DNA of 17,843 nucleotides from Ginkgo biloba (lineage: Eukaryota; Plantae; Ginkgophyta). The position numbers and the translations under genes were made by a program. This document shows, one piece after another, positions 1 through 8,825 of this stretch. Below the pieces are notes generated by a model. The model had not been told where the DNA came from. It saw only the letters and a program-made list of their open reading frames with translations, and did not search any database. Location of the stretch: positions 140,719,324 through 140,737,166 of the forward strand of contig JANKJI020000004.1 of NCBI GenBank assembly GCA_024626585.2, given 5' to 3'. Numbering within the stretch: the stretch's first letter is position 1; each line of letters opens with the position of its first letter.

Positions 1-1908
1 AAACAACACATTTAATGGTCACTATGTGCAACATAATTTCTAGCTAGTGTTCTATGCACTATATAGGTAGTAGAAGAATCCCAAACCCAAGGATTCACAA
101 TAAAGACAATAGGAGGAGACCAAACCTAGGGATGTATAGCTTAGATAGTACGAGGAGCCCATACCAAGAGCCCAAGAATTAAAGAGATTATTTGTATAGC
201 TCTATCCTAAGAAGAATGAATATGTAAATAACACAAGAACAAGATATCTATTATAACAAATGCATAGGAATAAGAGGACACCTTCTAATGAAGTTGATTC
301 CAATAGACATGTCCACCAACCATGCCTAAACATTAACTGAGCACTTAATAAGGATGAACCTATTAAGATATTGATAAGGATATCTTTATTGTGATGATAT
401 TTTGTAGCTATTTTTCTTCTCGTGGTTATTGGGACCTTGCTGCAGTTTAGTTGTGGTCCCCTTTTCAAACTGCTTTCTAACTATATTTTTGTACAATTTA
501 AAGGGTCAATTTTATTTTTTAAGTACCCTTCCTTGCACTCAATGTAATATTTTATGTATCTTTATTGTAATATAAAAATCCTTATATATACTATATACAA
601 AAAAAATTGGCATTCGACTAAACACCCCTTCTAATTAATAAAGAATTATGAACGAATATGAAATATTACAAAAGTATGTAACATCATTACTAAATACATT
701 AATGAATAATAGTGTAATATCATAATCAATGTGATATACTAGAAAGGTGTCTAACCATCCACCTTTCCTTCAATTAATGAATGATAAAATAATATAAAAA
801 TTATTAATGAATGTGAAATATTATGAAAGAATGTCATGATATTTTCAAATGCATTAAAGAGAAATTGTTCACATCATTAATGTATTCAATTTAAAAAAAC
901 TATGAATGAGAATGAGATCAAATCATCGATATTAAATGCATTCAAAATTTGATAGGTGGTAATCACTTACTATGGGTNNNNNNNNNNNNNNNNNNNNNNN
1001 NNNNNNNNNNNNNNNNNNNNNNNNNNNNNNNNNNNNNNNNNNNNNNNNNNNNNNNNNNNNNNNNNNNNNNNNNNTGTATATATATTATACTATATCATAA
1101 TATATTTAATTTAATGGAAAGAGTAATTTGATCGTATTAAACATCCCTCTTTGTAATTCAAAATATTATTCTTAATAGTCTTAAGAATGCACTCTTTTGT
1201 TGTTGTTATTATTATTAAAATTCACTACATAATAATAGAAGAAGCAAGAATTAGAAAATAACTAAGAATATCAATAAAAGAAAAATAATGCCTATTAACT
1301 TGCTTAAGAAATAACTAAAAATTAGAAGGAGTTTTGAAGTTCCTACTAATTACATAGGAACCAAAAATGTTTTTAAATAATATATTCTTAAAAGTGTATT
1401 TATCTATTGATTATAGTTTTCCCAATTACATGTATCAACCTTATCTAATCATTCGTCTCAAAATCTAACTTATATGTATTGTTTTTATTGAAAATATTTT
1501 CTACTTAAACTAAATGTTATAATAACCATTAATCATATAAGTCAAGCAATCAAATGGTTTGTTACTCTATTGATATATTTAGTTTATTTACCTTAATATA
1601 AGTCCCCCATTAAAAAAGAAAAAAAAAAAAAAATATTTACTCNNNNNNNNNNNNNNNNNNNNNNNNNNNNNNNNNNNNNNNNNNNNNNNNNNNNNNNNNN
1701 NNNNNNNNNNNNNNNNNNNNNNNNNNNNNNNNNNNNNNNNNNTTAATATAACATAATAGCACATAAAAAAAAAAACTAATCAAATAATGCTTATATATGT
1801 GCTTGCAAAGACTAATAAATCTTTAAAGCTATGTAGTTTAATGCCCCCATGCCCTCCAATAAACATTCTCGTGGGATAAAATTGCAGCAAATTATCTAGT
1901 CAACATGG

Positions 1909-2070
1909 GACAAGTCATCTACACCTATAAATTACTTCAAGAAGATTGAACTAGACAAGTCATCTACACCTATAGATTGCTCTGAGAAAATTGAAATAAT
2001 CTATAGGCGTAGATGACCCTACAATTAGTAACCATCCATCTACCCTATAGTTTACTATGATAAAATTGGG
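1909..2070. repeat. Cluster of direct (45-bp period) and inverted copies of GTCATCTACACCTATAGATT
   Basis: Direct units start at 1909 and 1954, an inverted copy is at 1998-2017, and a degenerate direct copy is at about 2037-2050. Confidence 0.9.
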
Positions 2071-2300
2071 CCTTCTATGCTATACATGTGGCTGAGGTCA
2101 CGTCCACATCAGCGAAACAAACATCACATAAATTAACATGAGGATGCCATTGGCAACGGTCTATTCCTGGTTTCCGGTTTACAACACGCTGATTTCGGTT
2201 TTCCGTTATCGTTGACGGATTCTGTTTGGCAGTTTTGGTCGGGTATCTATTCCGCTCTTCTGCCTCCTCAGAATTGGCCGAGGACTTTTGTCAAACGTAT
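2060..2300 (+). promoter_or_regulatory. Putative proximal promoter / 5' leader region of the 5-phosphatase gene
   Basis: The sequence shifts from very AT-rich DNA to a CpG-retaining stretch. It has a site II-like TGGGCC (2067-2072) and an ACGT-core quasi-palindrome GCTGAGGTCACGTCCACATCAGC (2091-2113). There is no transcript evidence. Confidence 0.35.
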
Positions 2301-4400
2301 TGTATACACAATCCATTATTTCTTTCTATTTTACATTTTACAAGGCAAATTTGAAAGGACAGAATCCAATGCCTTGGAAAGTTCATTTTCAAACCATGAT
2401 GAGATCAACCTCCAGGTGCACACTTTTGGCCTTTAAACCTTTCTAATCCGATGCTTCTCCATGCTTGATCCCAACGAGAAAGCTCTACAGTCCAGACNNN
2501 NNNNNNNNNNNNNNNNNNNNNNNNNNNNNNNNNNNNNNNNNNNNNNNNNNNNNNNNNNNNNNNNNNNNNNNNNNNNNNNNCCACCTGTATTGAATGACTA
2601 ATCGAGATTCAAGATCCTGTAAATCTGAAACCAGGTTTTATATTAAGAAATGTAGATGTCTTGTGCCTGGGGTACAGGTTCGGATCCGAAAGAAAACACA
2701 TAAATTGTCACAATGCGGAAGCCTTGGGTATCATGAATTTTATATTGCAGAGTCTAATTATATATGACTGGCCGGCAGTCTCTTCCAATTTCACAGTAGT
2801 CCGTAGACTCAGCATGTATATAATAAGATTTCAGCCCTTGCCAACCATGTGAAGTCATATGGTCTTCAGTCTTCATCATCAGTTGGCTGCACCTTGAGGA
2901 TTGGCTGATCGCCTTATTTAGGTATTTCGTTTTCTTGGTTTTCTTTTGGAAATACTGATATCGTATTAGTAGCTTACACCTTCAAAAACAGTAAGAGGAA
3001 CCTAGTATTTTATTCTTGGAGTCCAACCAGGATCTCGAAGCTAGTGTGAATTTATCTGAGTTCCCCTTCAATAACGATCTTCTCATTTAAAATCATTGTC
3101 CTGTGGAGCTTTTCCCAAGTGAACTCATTCTTCTCCAACGACCGAACATGTTCTCTTATTTTCCCATTTAACCAAAAATTATATGGCCACTGAGAGCTGC
3201 TTCCATTCATTGTGTGAGTTTTTTCCAGTCCTTGTTCAAGGCAAATTCTCGATCATATCTCAATTGGACTGTTGAATTTTCAGATTGCATGTTTTTTTAG
3301 CAAGTCAAAAATNNNNNNNNNNNNNNNNNNNNNNNNNNNNNNNNNNNNNNNNNNNNNNNNNNNNNNNNNNNNNNNNNNNNNNNNNNNNNNNNNNNNNNNN
3401 NNNNNNNNNNNNNNNNNNNNNNNNNNNNNNNNNNNNNNNNNNNNNNNNNNNNNNNNNNNNNNNNNNNNNNNNNNNNNNNNNNNNNNNNNNNNNNNNNNNN
3501 NNNNNNNNNNNNNNNNNNNNNNNNNNNNNNNNNNNNNNNNNNNNNNNNNNNNNNNNNNNNNNNNNNNNNNNNNNNNNNNNNNNNNNNNNNNNNNNNNNNN
3601 NNNNNNNNNNNNNNNNNNNNNNNNNNNNNNNNNNNNNNNNNNNNNNNNNNNNNNNNNNNNNNNNNNNNNNNNNNNNNNNNNNNNNNNNNNNNNNNNNNNN
3701 NNNNNNNNNNNNNNNNNNNNNNNNNNNNNNNNNNNNNNNNNNNNNNNNNNNNNNNNNNNNNNNNNNNNNNNNNNNNNNNNNNNNNNNNNNNNNNNNNNNN
3801 NNNNNNNNNNNNNNNNNNNNNNNNNNNNNNNNNNNNNNNNNNNNNNNNNNNNNNNNNNNNNNNNNNNNNNNNNNNNNNNNNNNNNNNNNNNNNNNNNNNN
3901 NNNNNNNNNNNNNNNNNNNNNNNNNNNNNNNNNNNNNNNNNNNNNNNNNNNNNNNNNNNNNNNNNNNNNNNNNNNNNNNNNNNNNNNNNNNNNNNNNNNN
4001 NNNNNNNNNNNNNNNNNNNNNNNNNNNNNNNNNNNNNNNNNNNNNNNNNNNNNNNNNNNNNNNNNNNNNNNNNNNNNNNNNNNNNNNNNNNNNNNNNNNN
4101 NNNNNNNNNNNNNNNNNNNNNNNNNNNNNNNNNNNNNNNNNNNNNNNNNNNNNNNNNNNNNNNNNNNNNNNNNNNNNNNNNNNNNCATGCTCAAGCATCC
4201 TTTGTAGCAATTTGAATGGAGCTTGTTGGCTATCGACACGGATGATTCACAATTCATGTTGCAAGTTACAATTTTTGGGAATTTTTCACAAGCTTTTACT
4301 ATAAGAAGTCCAACAAATCTGCCAGGCTTTTAGATAGTTTATTTTTAGCTGTTTTGTCAAACTCTATTGTTGTGACCACAACTGCAACAAAAATCGAAGA

Positions 4401-4503
4401 ATGAGAAAATTAGGCATATACGGTGCCATCCCAAGCTCCAAACCNNNNNNNNNNNNNNNNNNNCTTGAAATGGCAACCTGTGCGAAGATTGTATGCGCTG
4501 CAG
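4401..4503 (+). CDS. Tentative upstream or first coding exon of the 5-phosphatase (MRKLGIYGAIPSSKP-gap-LEMATCAKIVCAAG)
   Basis: ATG at 4401 to the donor CAG|gtcata at 4503 is 103 nt (phase 1). This fits the phase needed by the 4576 exon across a 72-nt intron. It spans a 19-N gap and lacks clear family motifs. It could instead start at the acceptor tttttag| at 4348. Confidence 0.35.
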
Positions 4504-4575
4504 GTCATATTTTCACGCATGTTCCAGGATATTTTTGAATTCATGTTTTCTGTGTGGTTTGTCCTTCATCTGCAG

Positions 4576-4663
4576 GGACTCCGTCAGAGCATTTTTTGCG
4601 CAGGCTAAGAAGGGGTAAATCAGAGACAATGCGAGCTCAGTACATAGACACCACAGAAATCAT
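4576..4663 (+). CDS. IP5P1/IP5P2: 5-phosphatase exon: (G)TPSEHFLRRLRRGKSETMRAQYIDTTEI(M)
   Basis: RRGKSETMRAQYI matches the RRxxSETLRAQYI motif that precedes the catalytic domain in plant IP5P1/IP5P2. The acceptor is catctgcag| and the donor is AT|gtctgt. It joins 4780 in frame across a 116-nt GT-AG intron. Confidence 0.9.
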
Positions 4664-4779
4664 GTCTGTTTCATATTCTTCATAGTTTTTCTGTTGTTTA
4701 TTTAGGTGAATCTAGGATCTTAAGCCAGAGTTTAACATGATGTGAATTTCTTAATGTTCTATTGTTTGGTGTTTGGCAG

Positions 4780-4884
4780 GATATCTGTAGGTACCTGGAA
4801 TGTTGGTGGAAGGCTGCCTCCCGATGACTTAGATATTGAGGAATGGCTGGGGACAAAAGAGCCAGCAGATATGTATGTGCTCGG
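4780..4884 (+). CDS. IP5P1/IP5P2: 5-phosphatase exon at the start of the catalytic domain: ISVGTWNVGGRLPPDDLDIEEWLGTKEPADMYVLG
   Basis: Manual translation shows the GTWNVGG and PADMYVLG motifs of IPPc/EEP-family 5PTases. The acceptor is tttggcag| and the donor is GG|gtaatt. Length 105 nt, phase 2 at both ends. It is not in the supplied ORF track. Confidence 0.95.
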
Positions 4885-7800
4885 GTAATTTGCCTCAAAA
4901 GAAATTGCCTTATTTGCATTCTACAGAGGATCACACTGTTCCATTTGTGGGACATTTGATGATTTGTATTATAAGCTATGCTTCATGGAACTCGTTTCAA
5001 GTTTGTGATCATTGGAATGGAAAACAATTGCATAGTGGTCATGAATGGGTTGTGTTATTTCTTAGTGAGAAGTAGTACTACCACTAGGGAGTTGTAGAGC
5101 ATGGATCTGCTTAGAGGCCTATTTTTGCTTTAAGGCATGTAAGAATTGCTTGGAGGGCCCATCTCCCATTTTGAGTCAATGGATTTTGTCCCTAATCTGG
5201 GTCCTTTGGCTTCTCTAACTTCAGTAATCCTAGTGGCATTAATAAAGCTCAATTTTTCTAGCTTGAACAATTTCACTAAACGGGTCAATCTCTATTTTAG
5301 ATTAGATCTCCTCAAACTCTATAGTCACTTTTTGATCAACCCACCTTCTAATGGCAACTATTTGCTTCCCATAACCTTTGCAGAAAGAGGTGGTTCTTTT
5401 GATGGCTTGGTCCCAACAATCAATCCACCCAAAGTCTCCTCGGGGATGGTGGACAAGGAAGAAAATTCTTTTAAATGTACTCCATACAAGAGCTAAGCTA
5501 CAAATGGGACACATTCATCTTGTAAGAGAAGGCTCTCCCTAGCATTCTATTCTCCCACAGACAACTTGGAAGTAAATAGGGGAGTTATCATAACCAAAAG
5601 CATGGCTAATAACTTTAACAAGTCTCCCCTCTTCATGGTGGATCCTAAACAACTCAAGTCATGATTCCTTCTCAAGATTATTTCATGCATGTGCCTCAAG
5701 TTGGACCACATAAACCAAGTTTCATGGGAGGCATGCTTTGTATGTCTATTAGGGTCAAACAACCCAAGTCTAAACTTCATATGAAACCAAGCAAACTTTT
5801 CATTTGAATGCGACCTAAGAGGAAGCCCCCCAAGCATGTCTTCCTTATCTTCAACCATGTTAAAATATCCATTGATAATCCAATAGGCTAGAGGGAGCTC
5901 TTCTAAAAGCTATTGCTAGAGAGGTACCCTCTCATGAGCATTATTAGAAGCATAGACATCTATTATGCTTAACACTTTATATGGCCATAACTTTGGAAGC
6001 TCAGACTCCCTTTTAGCCCTTGTATATGGTCGTAATAAAGGGAACATTGAGGAGGAGAATTTAAGAAGAGATTAGGAGAAAATAAAAGCGAACGAAACCT
6101 ATGAGTACTATCCATATGGATACATTTGTATAGGAAATAAGAGAATTAGTAAATGGATATGAAGTAATACATCAATCAAAATACACCCATATACAGACAC
6201 ATGAACGAGAATTGAGATTAGGTGACTCTTTTGTTGATCTAAGAAGAGAAATGCCTAGGGGTTGTCATTATTGGCAAAAGGGAATCATATTAGTGTTAGG
6301 AGTCATTTCCATCAAACCCTTGACTTATAATTTATACACTAAGGAAGTTATTTTAAGATTGTACACCTAAAAAGGTCCACTTTTCAAATAAAAATTTAAT
6401 TTGAATTTTATCAACACACTAGCATGCCATAAAGTTGAAAAGTTGGAGACTTGTTCCCATTTCATTACTTTTTGCAAGTATGATCCAATAAAATACAAAT
6501 ACTTGTAAAAGACCAAACTAAATCAACCTTTAAACAAGGACCTTGACAGAGCACTTTATTCAGTTGTTAAAAGCATGGATGGGTTCATTGATTCCACCAT
6601 AAACTCTTATTTGTCGATGCATAGTGCACTTTAGGTTATCCCTTTCCTTAGCGTTCTTGTGTGCAATCTTTGTTCTTTCATTTAGATTACTTTGAACATA
6701 TTATGAATGGAGTTTTCCCCACACCATTTTTTGAAGACATGGAGTTTCATCATACATGGATCAAGTAATTCATTTGAAGATGACCACAAGATTCTATACC
6801 TATTGTTTAAAGAAATCTTCTTGTTTGACTATACAATGAATTTCAATTGCATTAAAATAGGGATAATGGGTATGACATTAGCATGGAAGGGAATAGACTA
6901 ATGCTTTTTGTACATGCAATTGGTGAGAAGAGAGTTGCCAAAAACAATTACAATGTGAAATAATGGTGAGTTAGTACCTCATATAATATGGTATGATCAT
7001 AATGAGTATTATTATTAAAATGAATTTTCATGAGAAATTATGGTATCATATCACTTTATCTTTATAACATATTTTTGTACCCTTTCCACTCTTATGGTGT
7101 CGATTAATTATACATTCCATGTTATGATAGTAGCTCTGTTATTCATATTAATTCCTCCTACTATAATTATGGGGGTATAAACACAAAGAAACAAATATTA
7201 TATATTAGTATTTTTAAAGAAACTAATAAATAANNNNNNNNNNNNNNNNNNNNNNNNNNNNNNNNNNNNNNNNNNNNNNNNNNNNNNNNNNNNNNNNNNN
7301 NNNNNNNNNNNNNNNNNNNNNNNNNNNNNNNNNTTTCATTCATAATCAACATTCCATTATCACTACTTGTTCTTTTTATATATTTTGATATATATTATGA
7401 CATTATGATATTTTCATATGATCATAATCCCATTTTTAAATTATATTTTTATTTGATATTATGATATCATTATTTATTTCTTTATCATTCTTGTGAGGAT
7501 GCAACTTGTTCAAACTCATGTTGATTTTAAATTATTATATGTTTATCATATGTTTACATGAGGTACCATACTTTTATAATGGTTGGATTATACTATTTTA
7601 GTGTGTTTTTTTTCAACTGGGGCAAAATATTTTGGATGGTGTAATCTATCTTTTTTTTTGTTTTTGCCTCCACTCCTTCCTCAGCAACATCAACACATGG
7701 TATCATCAACAACATCCACTCCATACAATTCATCTCATAAGTATTAGAAAAATTTCCATTCATTTTAGTATAGTTCTAGTTAACTATGGTGGTTTTCCTT

Positions 7801-7993
7801 TATTTTTGGTTTCTTTGTAGCTTGGACTCTCTCTAAAGACTTTTAAAATTTTATTCACTATACTCATGCTCTCCTTCATATTTTGGGGTGCTATAGTGCA
7901 CCTAACATACGTTGTATAATTTCGTAGCTGAAGTGCTTCCCTTTTGAAACTAATATTTTGAATTTTGATTCTTAGCTGTGTTCATCTGTGCAG
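4885..7993 (+). other. Intron of about 3.1 kb (GT-AG) in the 5-phosphatase gene, containing transposon relics
   Basis: gtaatt...tgtgcag boundaries between two phase-matched exons that split the conserved YVLG|FQE motif. It includes one 100-N gap, so the true length is uncertain. Confidence 0.9.
4990..5990 (-). mobile_element. Degenerate LINE (L1/Tx1-like) ORF2 fragment: APE endonuclease C-terminal half plus linker, pseudogenised
   Basis: Minus-strand manual translation gives IIDVYASNNAHERVPL*Q*L...WIINGYFNMVEDKEDMLGG (compare NVYAPN and GDFN), then WFMWSN and YKMNVSHL. It continues QIRDKIH*LKMGDGPSKQFLHALKQK*ASKQIHALQ...EITQPIHDHYAIVF (compare W...GD..TK.FH). There are several stops and frameshifts. 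Ends are approximate. Confidence 0.85.
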
Positions 7994-8825
7994 TTTCCAA
8001 GAGGTAGTTCCTTTGAATGCCGGCAACATTTTTGGTGCAGAGGACAATAGCCCTGTTGCCAAATGGGAAACTATTATTCGGAGAACACTGAACAAGACTC
8101 GACCAACTAAAACTAAGTGTAAATGCCACAGTGCTCCTCCTTCACCATCAAGGCTCAATGCATCAGATGCATCTGACACCCTTGCAGATGAAATATTGTC
8201 TTCTGAAAGAGATGTGGTGAGCGATGAAGAAGTTGGGTTGTTGCCTCAAAGCATTGAAAGACAGAACAGTGAGAAGCCCATTAATTATAGTAACAAATAT
8301 AATTTCATGAGAGTCTCCAGCAATGCAGGATGGATAGAACCAACTTTGCAAGAGCAGTCCCCAGAATCTGAAATACAAGCGACTGCTAAATTAAAGAGAG
8401 TCTACAGCAATTCTGGAAGGATTGGACTGAAATGGCCAGAGCAGTCATTGGAGTTAGAAGCTCAAGCCTTACCATGCAGTAATAAATTAGGGAGAGTCTA
8501 CAGCAGTTCAGAAAGGATTGGATTGAGCTGGCCAGAACAGCCACTGCACTCAGAAACCCAAGATTCACCGCCCAGTGTCGGTTCCTTCAGGAACAGTCAT
8601 TTCAATGAAGAGCTGAGTACTTGCCTGGAGACATTTTCAGTATCAGGTGCTCCTGTGACATCTACAGAGTCTAAAAGGGGCAGATCCCACTACGTTCGGA
8701 TAGTTAGTAAACAGATGGTTGGAATATTTGTATCGGTTTGGGTGCGACGAACCCTCAGGAGGCATATTAACAACTTGAAAGTATCACCTATTGGAGTTGG
8801 TGTGATGGGCTATATTGGCAACAAG
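7994..8825 (+). CDS. IP5P1/IP5P2: Large internal exon of a type I inositol polyphosphate 5-phosphatase (IP5P1/IP5P2-like): (G)FQEVVPLNAGNIFGAED...YVRIVSKQMVGIFVSVWVRR...VGVMGYIGNK
   Basis: The translation has the plant 5PTase motifs FQEVVPLNAGN, W..IIRRTLN, SAPPSPSR, SKQMVGIF.SVWVR and VGVMGYIGNK. The acceptor is tgtgcag| (7993) and the donor is AAG|gtaatt (8826). Length 832 nt = 1+277x3, which is phase-compatible with the previous exon (GG|T = Gly). Confidence 0.96.
8310..8564 (+). repeat. Three in-frame copies of a 24-codon motif within the large exon
   Basis: RVSSNAGWIEPTLQEQSPESEIQA (8310), RVYSNSGRIGLKWPEQSLELEAQA (8397) and RVYSSSERIGLSWPEQPLHSETQD (8493). The DNA anchor agagtct(a/c)cagca is spaced 87 and 96 nt apart. 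Confidence 0.88.

Noticed and set aside
202-468. 88-aa hydrophobic minus-strand ORF
   Set aside because: Non-ATG start, and its composition is what AT-rich non-coding DNA gives by chance. No homology recognised.
3272-4304. Four ORFs of about 300-339 aa in the ORF track
   Set aside because: Artefacts of reading through the 873-N gap; almost entirely X.
5146-5496. 116-aa + strand ORF in the intron
   Set aside because: Antisense shadow of the minus-strand LINE relic.
7982-8568. Three minus-strand ORFs overlapping the large exon
   Set aside because: Antisense shadows of real coding sequence with no motifs of their own.
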